From Candidatus Poribacteria bacterium (lineage in GTDB: Bacteria; Poribacteria; WGA-4E; WGA-3G): a stretch of DNA of 64,000 nucleotides. Every line of letters begins with the position of its first letter. The stretch's first letter is position 1. The notes under the pieces were generated by a model. The model did no database searches, had not been told where the DNA came from, and saw only the letters and a list, made by a program, of their open reading frames with translations. Both the position numbers and the translations under genes were made by a program. The DNA is taken from assembly GCA_965242965.1 (NCBI GenBank), contig OZ251518.1, positions 1,224,691 through 1,288,690 on the forward strand, written 5' to 3'. Of the stretch, positions 9,462-17,362 are shown in pieces.

Positions 9462-9775
9462 GAGGGACATCCTTGTCCCGATAAGAACGGTCTCTTTCAC
9501 CGTAGAGGGCCCTCGCAGGTTTTCCTCGCCATGCAGCGATCACGGGGGCATTGTATCGTGGTTAAAGAAACGTTAATCCGGCCTGTCCCTCGCCATGCAA
9601 TGATCGCGGGGGACAGGCCCCCGCGCTACGGTACTAAGAACGGTCGTTTTCACCGTAGGGCGAGGGCCTGTCCCTCGCCATGCAATGATCGCGGGCGGGC
9701 ATTGTATCGTGCAGCGATCGCGGGGGACAGGCCCCCGCGCTACGAATACGAAAAATCGGGACAGGGCGGTTTTTT
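9457..9775. repeat. REP hairpin cluster
   Basis: ggtaggagggacatccttgtcccgat plus several gatcgcgggggacaggcccccgcgctac and gtagggcgagggcctgtccctcgcc units. Confidence 0.85.
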
Positions 9776-9816
9776 CCTACATTGACAACAGCAGATTAGC
9801 GCGCACGAGGGGCAAC

Positions 9817-10620
9817 ATGAACCCACTGAAATTCCTGAAAAATCGCATTGAGAGGCTATTTTACAACGCCTATCAAAAACGGTTGGAGACAGAAGCGAAT
9901 GCGTGGAACATTCCGCGCCACATCGGCATCATCCTTGATGGAAATCGCCGCTACGCCAAAGCGAGTGGGCTTGAGGACGTTATCAAGGGACACTACGAAG
10001 GCGCGAATAAACTGGAAGAGGTGCTTCATTGGTGCGATGAACTCGGCGTGGAGATCTTCTCGATTTGGATTTTCTCGTTGGATAACTTCAAGCGCGCCGA
10101 ACAGGAAGTGGAAGGCATCCTCGGCCTGATCGAACGGAAAATGCGGGAGTTGGTTACCATTGAAGGACTCCACGCAAACCAAATCAAGGTGCGGGCAATG
10201 GGACAAATCGAACTGCTCCCACCGAGTCTGCAAGAGGCAATCCGAGATGCAGAGGTTGCAACGCAACATTATGACAAATTTATCCTTAACGTCGCTGTCG
10301 CTTATGGCGGCAGAGAGGAAATTGTCGAGGCGTTTCGGGGGCATCTTAACGCAGAAGCGGCGAAGGGCAAAGACGTTGCCCAAATCGCAGATGAACTGAG
10401 CGTTGACAAAATCGCGCCGCATCTGTATACATCAAATCTGCCAGACCCCGAGTTAATCATCCGCACGAGCGGCGAGGTGCGGTTATCGGGTTTTCTGCTG
10501 TGGCAGAGCGTCTATTCGGAGTTCTATTTTTGTGATACGTATTGGCCATCGTTTCGGAAGATAGACTTTCTGCGTGCTTTGCGGGCTTATAGCCAACGCA
10601 AGCGGCGGTTTGGGCAATAA
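9817..10620 (+). CDS. uppS: isoprenyl transferase (undecaprenyl-diphosphate synthase family)
   Basis: HIGIILDGNRRYA and IRTSGEVRLSGFLLWQSVYSEFYF. I moved the start to MNPLKF (9817) because the upstream part of the track ORF is REP sequence. Confidence 0.85.
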   Translation: MNPLKFLKNRIERLFYNAYQKRLETEANAWNIPRHIGIILDGNRRYAKASGLEDVIKGHYEGANKLEEVLHWCDELGVEIFSIWIFSLDNFKRAEQEVEGILGLIERKMRELVTIEGLHANQIKVRAMGQIELLPPSLQEAIRDAEVATQHYDKFILNVAVAYGGREEIVEAFRGHLNAEAAKGKDVAQIADELSVDKIAPHLYTSNLPDPELIIRTSGEVRLSGFLLWQSVYSEFYFCDTYWPSFRKIDFLRALRAYSQRKRRFGQ

Positions 10621-10655
10621 TCCGAGGCGGCGCGTGTCTTGGCCCTAATTATCCT

Positions 10656-10930
10656 CAGGGTGTTTCATAAATCCGTTTCGGTAGTTATTCCCCCTTGGGC
10701 AGCGAATACGGATAGAAAAGCGGGGGGCGCATCGGGCCACCTCTGTAGTTCGGGATCGCCCGATCCCGAACGGGTCAGGATCAGGCGATCCTGACCTACA
10801 GGAGTGATGAGGTTTGATAGCAAAACGCATGGCGAGGGCCTGTCCCTCGCCCTACGGGAAGGGACGGCGTTTTTTTCACCGCAGCGCGGGGCCTGTCCCC
10901 GCGACGTTGAGCGATTTATGAAACACCCTC
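10656..10930. mobile_element. MITE-like element with 18-bp TIRs and a 9-bp target duplication
   Basis: Left TIR cagggtgtttcataaatc (10656-10673). Right TIR gatttatgaaacaccctc (10913-10930). Flanks are aattatcct and aattatctt. The interior consists of GTAG hairpins. Confidence 0.75.
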
Positions 10931-10995
10931 AATTATCTTCAGTAGTTTGGGCTCGCCTGAGCCCGAACAGTGAAACCGATGTTCAAGGAAACATT

Positions 10996-12030
10996 ATGGA
11001 AAACACCCGAAAATCGTTAGTCAGTTTAATGGTTTTGGTGCTGCTGTTATTCTGTGGGAGCACCGTTGTCAATGCCCAAACCCCGGAGAAGATTGCCGAA
11101 AAAGCGTTGGGCTCCACGGTGATTTTGACAATGCAACACGCCGATGGTAAAGGTTCATTGGGCAGTGGGTTTTTCGTTGCAGATGGGCAGATTGCCACTA
11201 ACTATCACGTTATCAAAGGGGCTGTGAAGGGCACCGCGAAACTGGTCGGTGGGGGAGCAGCCTTTAATATTGAAGGGCATACCGCTATTGATGAAGAACG
11301 CGATTTAGCAGTATTAAAAGTCACGACGCTTCGCGCGCCGCCCCTTTCGCTTGGCGATAGCGACACCGTTAAAGTTGGCGAAACTGTCTACGCCGTAGGT
11401 AACCCACGAGGATTGGAAGGCACGTTCTCGCAGGGTATCATTAGTAGCATCCGGCATGAAGGGAATACGGCGGTGCGTGGCAAGGTCCTCCAGATTACTG
11501 CACCGATTTCTCCGGGAAGCAGCGGCGGTGCAGTGCTAAACAGCAACGGAAAAGTCATTGGCATCGCTGTCGCGACTATCGTTAACGGACAGAATCTCAA
11601 TTTCGCTATTCCCTCAAACTATCTTAAAGCACTGCTTGTGCAGGCTGGGGCAGCGAAATCTTTGGCAGCGGACGCGCCCTCTGACGTGCAACGCTTCTTG
11701 TTAGAGCTGTTTATCCTGGGCGTATCTGCCTTCATTGTCATACAGATTTTACCACTCGCAAAAGTTAAAGGGGGTTCAACAACGTTGGGGGTTTCCATCG
11801 TCTTTGGGCTCCTCCAAACCCTCTTGTCAGGAATCCTAACGCTCTTTGTCGTGCCGGTGATAATTCTAGCGTTAGGGCTTGCAGACATCGTCATTAATGC
11901 CGTGCTGCTCTGGTTTACGAATAAACTGTTTCGTGGGTTTGAAATGAACGGATTTTTCAAAACCATTTTCACGGCGGTGCTCATTGCTGGCGTTGAAAGG
12001 GCGTTAAATTGGCTCATCGCCGGTGCTTAA
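10996..12030 (+). CDS. trypsin-like serine protease fused to a C-terminal DUF360/holin-family-4-like membrane domain
   Basis: Signal peptide, then GSGFFV...TNYHV (His), DLAVLKV (Asp) and GSSGGAV (Ser). The C-terminal ~110 aa, ILALGLADIVINAVLLWFTNKLFRGFEMNGFFKTIF, resembles PF04020 from memory. Start set at MENTRK. Confidence 0.75.
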   Translation: MENTRKSLVSLMVLVLLLFCGSTVVNAQTPEKIAEKALGSTVILTMQHADGKGSLGSGFFVADGQIATNYHVIKGAVKGTAKLVGGGAAFNIEGHTAIDEERDLAVLKVTTLRAPPLSLGDSDTVKVGETVYAVGNPRGLEGTFSQGIISSIRHEGNTAVRGKVLQITAPISPGSSGGAVLNSNGKVIGIAVATIVNGQNLNFAIPSNYLKALLVQAGAAKSLAADAPSDVQRFLLELFILGVSAFIVIQILPLAKVKGGSTTLGVSIVFGLLQTLLSGILTLFVVPVIILALGLADIVINAVLLWFTNKLFRGFEMNGFFKTIFTAVLIAGVERALNWLIAGA

Positions 12031-12096
12031 GCACACGACATTATAGAACGTGGTTCCGATCGAAAACTGAACGATTCTTATAGCTAGGAGAACTCT

Positions 12097-12864
12097 ATGC
12101 GATTTGGAATTTGTACCGGGTTAGAAAACGTCAATCGGCTCGCAGAAGCCGGGTATGACTACATTGAATTGGGCGTGCAACGCGCGCTCATCCCAGAAGC
12201 GGACGAAACCGAGTTTCAGAAGATTCGCGAACAGGTGGCAGCGGCACCGTTAACGCCGGAGGCATACGCCGGGTTCATTCCGGGTGAACTGCGCGTGACT
12301 GGCGATAACGTCGACTTCCCGCGTCTCTCTCGCTATGTTGAGACAGCGTGCCGGAGAGGACGCGAACTTGGCGGCGAAGTTATCGTCTACGGAAGTGCCG
12401 CTTCGCGGAGCATCGCGGAAGGCTACTCACGCGAACGTGCGTTGGCACAGATCGCCGAATTCCTTGATATGGCTGCGGACCACGGTGAAGCGCACGGCAT
12501 GACTATCGTCGTTGAACCTATCTGCAGCAGGGAAGGAAATATCCTTCGCACTGTCGCAGATGGACTCGCCATGGCGAAGCGTGTTAACCGTCCCGCTGTC
12601 AGGGCACTCGCCGACCTTTACCACGTCTGGCAGGAAAATGAACCGATGCAAAACATCCTCGATGCCGCGGAATGGCTGGCGCACGTGCATATTGCCGAAC
12701 CGGTCAAGCGTTCCTACCCCGGCAACGACGATTTTGATTTCACCGATTTCTTCACGGCACTCAAGAAGGCTGGCTACGATGGCCGCGTCTCGTGTGAGTG
12801 CAAGTTTGACGATTTTGAGACAGATATAGAGACGGCGTTGCGAACGATGAAAAGTTATGTCTAA
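12097..12864 (+). CDS. sugar phosphate isomerase/epimerase (xylose-isomerase-like TIM barrel) family protein
   Basis: 255 aa. The pattern from MRFGICTG to LADLYHVWQENEP to HVHIAEP is typical of AP-endonuclease-2/XylA-like TIM barrels. Confidence 0.65.
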   Translation: MRFGICTGLENVNRLAEAGYDYIELGVQRALIPEADETEFQKIREQVAAAPLTPEAYAGFIPGELRVTGDNVDFPRLSRYVETACRRGRELGGEVIVYGSAASRSIAEGYSRERALAQIAEFLDMAADHGEAHGMTIVVEPICSREGNILRTVADGLAMAKRVNRPAVRALADLYHVWQENEPMQNILDAAEWLAHVHIAEPVKRSYPGNDDFDFTDFFTALKKAGYDGRVSCECKFDDFETDIETALRTMKSYV

Positions 12865-12870
12865 ATTCGC

Positions 12871-13165
12871 TCATGTTACCGTGGGTTGAGGGCCTGTCTC
12901 AACACGCCGCGACAGAACGTAGGTTGCGGGCCTGTCCCGCAACACGCCGAGACAGAACATAGGTTGCATATCTGTCTTCAACATGAGTCTCTCATGTTCC
13001 CGTAGGTTGCGGGCCTGTCCCGCAACATTGCTGTAGAGACCAGAGACCGTAGTTCGGGATCGCCTGATCCCGAACGGGCCCGTCCCGCAACATTGCCGCT
13101 GTAACGGATAATTTCGATTAAAACAGGCACGGCGAGGGACAGGCCCTCGCCCTACGGTAAGAGAT
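12871..13165. repeat. REP hairpin cluster with further stem variants (GTAG-GTTGCGGG..CCCGCAAC, GTTGAG..CTCAAC)
   Basis: gtaggttgcgggcctgtcccgcaac occurs repeatedly. Also gtagttcgggatcgcctgatcccgaac and gtagggcgagggcctgtccctcgcc. Confidence 0.85.
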
Positions 13166-13181
13166 AACAAATAGCAGGGAG

Positions 13182-14138
13182 GTGGGTTTTATCCTTACTC
13201 GCGAACAAGGCAGAGTTATCCGTGCACGAACAGGATTTTATGACGTTCAACACGGAGAACTCGTCTTGCGATGCACGCTCCGAGGCACACTCAAACGAAA
13301 ACACCGCACCGAAACCGGACGCAGAATCTACGCAGACCCGGGTGCTGTCGGCGATGAAGTGCTTTTCTCGCAAATCGATGATGAAGAAGGCGTGGTAGAA
13401 GATATCCTACCGCGCCGGACGAAGTTCTCGCGGCAATACGCAGGGAGGCACGGGGACATCGAACAGGTCATCGTGGCGAACGCGCATCAAATCGTCGCTG
13501 TCGTCTCAACGCTGATGCCGCCGATGAATTTCAGGACGCTGGACCGGTTCCTCATTCTGGCGGAAGCCGGGGACATGGAAGCAGTCATCTGCCTCAATAA
13601 GATGGATTTGGTGGACGTTGCCCAACGGCGTGAACTCGCCGAACTTTTCAGCAATTATGAGCGACTCGGTTATCGCGTCATTCACACCAGTGCCTCCATT
13701 CCTGAAGGACTTGACATTCTTCAGGAAGTGTTGCGAGATAAATTTAGCGTCATCGTCGGTGCATCCGGCGTGGGGAAATCGAGTCTGCTGAACGCCATCC
13801 AACCGAATTTAGGATTGCGCACGGGTGAAGTCGGCGAGAAGACGCAGAAGGGCCGCCACACGACAACGCTGGTTGAGTTGTTCGCGCTGGATATCGGCGG
13901 CGAAGTTGCCGATACACCCGGCATCCGTGAAGTCGGGCTGTGGGGGGTTGACACGGAGAATCTCGAATACTATTTTCCAGAGATGGAGCCTTACCTCGGG
14001 ACGTGTAAATATAACGATTGCGCGCACGTGAGTGAACCGGATTGTGCAGTGCAGGATGCAGTGGAAACCGGCGACATCCATCCCGAACGCTATCGGAGTT
14101 ATGTCGTGCTGCGGACAGGGGATGATGCAGTTTCCTAA
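13182..14138 (+). CDS. rsgA: ribosome small-subunit-dependent GTPase A
   Basis: NKMDL, GASGVGKSSLLNAI, DTPGIRE, and a C-terminal zinc cluster CKYNDCAHVSEPDC. The exact start (GTG 13182) is uncertain. Confidence 0.85.
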   Translation: MGFILTREQGRVIRARTGFYDVQHGELVLRCTLRGTLKRKHRTETGRRIYADPGAVGDEVLFSQIDDEEGVVEDILPRRTKFSRQYAGRHGDIEQVIVANAHQIVAVVSTLMPPMNFRTLDRFLILAEAGDMEAVICLNKMDLVDVAQRRELAELFSNYERLGYRVIHTSASIPEGLDILQEVLRDKFSVIVGASGVGKSSLLNAIQPNLGLRTGEVGEKTQKGRHTTTLVELFALDIGGEVADTPGIREVGLWGVDTENLEYYFPEMEPYLGTCKYNDCAHVSEPDCAVQDAVETGDIHPERYRSYVVLRTGDDAVS

Positions 14139-14500
14139 ATTCCCCTCTGTAGTTTGAGATCGCCTGTTTCCTAAATTCCCCTCTGTAGTTTGAGATCGCC
14201 TGATCTCAAATAGGTAGGGATCGGGCGATCCCTACCTACAGATAGACTTTGGCCCGTAGCGCGGGGGCCTGTCCCCCGCGAGCGTCTCGGTTACCGTAGC
14301 GCGGGGGCCTGTCCCCCGCAATCGTTACATGGCGAGGGACAGGCCCCGGTTCAGCGTAGGCATAGCGCGCACGACTCTCCCCGCGATCGGTGCATGGCGA
14401 GGGACAGGCCCTCGCCCTACGGTGAAACGGATGCCCAGAGCCCGTAGCGCGGGGCCTGTCCCCCGCGAACGTTGCCCTACGCTGCAAAACGGAGGCACTC
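14130..14500. repeat. 36-bp perfect tandem duplication of the rsgA 3' end plus half a hairpin, followed by a REP cluster
   Basis: gtttcctaaattcccctctgtagtttgagatcgcct at 14130-14165 and again at 14166-14201. GTAG hairpins continue to about 14500. Confidence 0.85.
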
Positions 14501-14507
14501 CCTACCT

Positions 14508-15389
14508 CTACACCGACCGGTGCCCCGCATACCCACGCGGGTTTTCAAACGCATCTACCCACAGATGACACCACTCGCCGTGGTCCTTCAGGACAGTATC
14601 GGGATTTTTGCGGCTGCGCACGACAAAATCGGGATGCGCTGTCCGGCCGGTGTGATGTCCTGTCGGCTGATAGCGAAGATCCAATGACCAGCGACACCGG
14701 TCGGAGGTATTCGGCTGTGAACGGTGCGGCGTAAACCGGCTCAATAAAACAAGATCACCGCGGTAACATTCCAACATCAGCGGTTCAACGTCGGGCATGA
14801 GCTCCGGTTTTATCATCGTGCCGCCCTCTTTCTGATGGACGAGGTAACCCTTTTCTTCGGTGGTGCCGGGCAGTGCTTGGAGGCATCCCATCTCCACCGT
14901 GCTATCGCCGAGCGGCAGCCAGCACGTTACGATATTGGAACTTTCTGCTTCTGGCATCATGACGCCGGCATCTTGGTGCCACGGGACACCGCCTGCCCAA
15001 CTCGCATTGCCGTCTATCACAGGCGGTTTTGCTCGCAGATGCTGGATAGGGTTGCAGGTAATCTCCGATCCGACGATGCCTTCAATGACATCTAACAGAT
15101 TGTCATTTCTGAGGAATTCAAAGATTGCCTTGCCGCGGTAGTGCATGATGTCCAGTCCGCCAGCCATCTCGTCCGCCTGCGCGAGCAGTTTCGCGAACCG
15201 CAGGTCGAACGGTTCATCTTCATAGAGGTTCTCGATCTTTCCTTCCTGCTGCAGTGCGGTGGCCCGTTCTGATATCCAGTCAGAGATTTCGTCAATGACA
15301 GGCTGCAGGTCTGCGTCAGTCAGCGCATTTTTGACGATTAGCACGCCTTGGGTCTGGAAGGTATTGCATTGTTGTTGCGTCAGTTTCAT
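14508..15389 (-). CDS. phytanoyl-CoA dioxygenase (PhyH) family protein
   Basis: MKLTQQQCNTFQTQGVLIV and PWHQDAG (HxD) motifs. Start at 15389 with an AGGAGA Shine-Dalgarno. Confidence 0.75.
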   Translation of the reverse strand: MKLTQQQCNTFQTQGVLIVKNALTDADLQPVIDEISDWISERATALQQEGKIENLYEDEPFDLRFAKLLAQADEMAGGLDIMHYRGKAIFEFLRNDNLLDVIEGIVGSEITCNPIQHLRAKPPVIDGNASWAGGVPWHQDAGVMMPEAESSNIVTCWLPLGDSTVEMGCLQALPGTTEEKGYLVHQKEGGTMIKPELMPDVEPLMLECYRGDLVLLSRFTPHRSQPNTSDRCRWSLDLRYQPTGHHTGRTAHPDFVVRSRKNPDTVLKDHGEWCHLWVDAFENPRGYAGHRSV

Positions 15390-15482
15390 AAAGCGTCTCC
15401 TTTTTTTGAGGATTGGGAGGGCTCTCCTACATTCATTGGAAAATATGATAGCATAGTGGGTGGAATTTTTCAACAAAAAACG

Positions 15483-15840
15483 TCACATTCTATCGTAGGG
15501 CGAGGGCCCTCGGATGCCACACGCGCACGCGAGCGGGTTTCCCTCGCCATGCAGCGCTCGCGGGGGACAGGCCCCCGCGCTACGGGCTCTGGGCATCCGT
15601 TTCACCGTAGGGCGCGGGGTTTGCGATCCGTAGTTCGGGATCGCCTGATCCCGAACGGGCATCTGTTTCACCGAACGTTCGCGGGGGACAGGCCCCCGCG
15701 CTACGGCCTCGGAGCATCCGTTTTATCGTAGGGCGAGGGCCTGTCCCTCGCCATGCTGCAAGTGCCAGTTTTCTCTCTCTATAGGTAAGGATTGCCTAAT
15801 CCTTACCTGTTTGAGATCAGGCGATCTCAAACTACAGATG
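15483..15840. repeat. REP hairpin cluster
   Basis: Several GTAG-hairpin units, including taaggattgcctaatcctta and tttgagatcaggcgatctcaaactacag. Confidence 0.85.
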
Positions 15841-15878
15841 AGGAAAACTAAGTCGCTCTGTGGTTTTTTGCAAAAAAC

Positions 15879-15907
15879 TTGACAAAAAATTGCAAATAGC
15901 GTAAAAT
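15879..15907 (+). promoter_or_regulatory. tandem promoter P1
   Basis: TTGACA (15879-15884), 17 nt, TAAAAT (15902-15907). The upstream sequence is A/T-rich. Confidence 0.55.
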
Positions 15908-15959
15908 TACCCTCAATCGCGCGGAAAACGCGCGCAAATTGCCGAAAAATTAAAAAAGT

Positions 15960-15988
15960 TTGACATTTTTCTCGATTTTTGCTAAAAT
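15960..15988 (+). promoter_or_regulatory. tandem promoter P2
   Basis: TTGACA (15960-15965), 17 nt, TAAAAT (15983-15988). Confidence 0.55.
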
Positions 15989-16041
15989 TCGCAGAAATGT
16001 CGTGGAAAAGTCATTTTTTTTCATATTTTTGGAGAAAAATG

Positions 16042-16071
16042 TTGACAAAAAAATGCGAAATTTGCTAAAAT
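16042..16071 (+). promoter_or_regulatory. tandem promoter P3
   Basis: TTGACA (16042-16047), 18 nt, TAAAAT (16066-16071). Confidence 0.55.
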
Positions 16072-16114
16072 AAAACCAGTTTTGGAATTTTTGGCGATTT
16101 TTCGCAGAAAAATG

Positions 16115-16143
16115 TTGACATGATTTGCAAAATTATGTATAAT
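16115..16143 (+). promoter_or_regulatory. tandem promoter P4 (perfect consensus)
   Basis: TTGACA (16115-16120), 17 nt, TATAAT (16138-16143). Confidence 0.65.
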
Positions 16144-16149
16144 TTTGGC

Positions 16150-16836
16150 AAAACGTAGTGGTAGGAGCGACTTCCGAATCGCGACTCACCACATTTCGCA
16201 AACCTGACAGAACGAGGAACGACAAAGTGAACCAGCGAAATATGAATCTCATGACTAAAAAGGTCGCGGATGACCTGCACGGGCCTCGCGGGACGCAGCA
16301 CATTCGGTGTGCGTTCGGCCCCTTCGTCGCGCCGTCACGAGTTCCTATCTGTCTTGATACCGAAAAAGTAGATTCCCCCCCCCCCTACAGCCGCAGGGGT
16401 TGATGGGTTTTCACCTGACAGCATCGGGCACTTTCGCCCGTGTCTTGTCTTTAATCCCGCACGCGTTCATCGCGTTGCGGGCTATGTTTGTTGCATTGGG
16501 ACTGTCCCGATGCATGTTTTCCCTGCCATATTTCCGGTTGCATTCGCTTCCGTTGTTATCTCCTCTGTTGCTCTCTGTCGTTTCAGTCGGATATTTCCGC
16601 GCGCTGCCTGTGTTTGGGGCGGCGTGGTTGCGCGCGTTCGCTGCGCGTCCTCGCGGAGAAACGTTGAGAAGGAAAGCGATGGTGACTGGGCGTTGGCAGG
16701 TGTTTTTAACTCGGTTCCGGGCAAAACACCTGATAGAGGGTTATGCCGAAAAATCCTGTCTACACAATCATTAACAATGGAACAGGCAGGCACAACTGCC
16801 TGCCACCGACAACTCTGAAAACGAAAGGACGCACGC
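16150..16836 (+). other. ~690-nt leader or candidate non-coding RNA with no convincing ORF, upstream of the island; contains an 11-C tract at 16375-16385
   Basis: No ORF here has a Shine-Dalgarno or protein-like composition. No REP units. Hairpin caggcagg-cacaa-ctgcctg lies near 16785-16806. The first island ATG is at 16837. Confidence 0.4.
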
Positions 16837-17307
16837 ATGAACCGATACCGAACTCTCTGCATCACTGTACTACTAGCAGCACTCGTCTGCTTCACAATCG
16901 GATGCCAGGCTGGGAAGAAGAATAGCGACGAAATCCCAAAGCCGCCGGAACCGAAATATCGCACCGACACCGTGCTGCTCATTGAATCCGATGGCTACGG
17001 CTATCTCGCGCGGGTGACAGAAGATACGCCGCCGGATGCAAAGGAAGTGCCAGTCAAATTCTTCTCCGCGGCACTTGAAAAGAAGGTTGGCAATGCTGTC
17101 GCGTCCGAGAACATTCTGACAGCCCGAGAGGAACCGCCAGATGGCTGGGCATCGCGCCCCGTGTCAATTGACTACTTCAACGGCATCACGTGGAAACACC
17201 AAATGAATGTGCTGGAGTTGGAGGACGGCTATCTCCTACCTGAAGAGGTCAAGGGCAAACGGCGTGTGGAATTCGCGAACGTCCGTGTCCCCATCGCCGT
17301 GCATTGA
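16837..17307 (+). CDS. lipoprotein carrying the shared C-terminal module (island gene 1)
   Basis: Lipobox CFTIGC. C-terminal ~115 aa: VLLIESDGYGYLARVTEDT...VKFF...GWASRP...YLLPEEVKGKRRVEFANVRVPIAVH. Confidence 0.85.
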   Translation: MNRYRTLCITVLLAALVCFTIGCQAGKKNSDEIPKPPEPKYRTDTVLLIESDGYGYLARVTEDTPPDAKEVPVKFFSAALEKKVGNAVASENILTAREEPPDGWASRPVSIDYFNGITWKHQMNVLELEDGYLLPEEVKGKRRVEFANVRVPIAVH

Positions 17308-17362
17308 AACCACAGGAGAGCCCTCACAGGCGCGGCGCGCGCTAACAAAAGGAGACAATATC

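Noticed and set aside
15850-16150. The AT-rich repeated block as a replication origin.
   Set aside because: No DnaA-box-like TTATCCACA motifs and no dnaA/dnaN neighbourhood. The repeated elements fit -35/-10 hexamers with 17-18-nt spacing much better.
16150-16836. The leader region as tmRNA, RNase P RNA, 6S RNA or a known riboswitch. Also the track ORFs 16158-16403, 16400-16774 and 16482-16982 as genes.
   Set aside because: I could not find the tmRNA 5' GGGGxUGAxxxGGAUUCGAC or 3' T-arm/CCA motifs, the RNase P GAGGAAAGUCC core, or common riboswitch cores. The ORFs lack a Shine-Dalgarno and have implausible composition. The region is kept only as an unassigned leader or ncRNA candidate.
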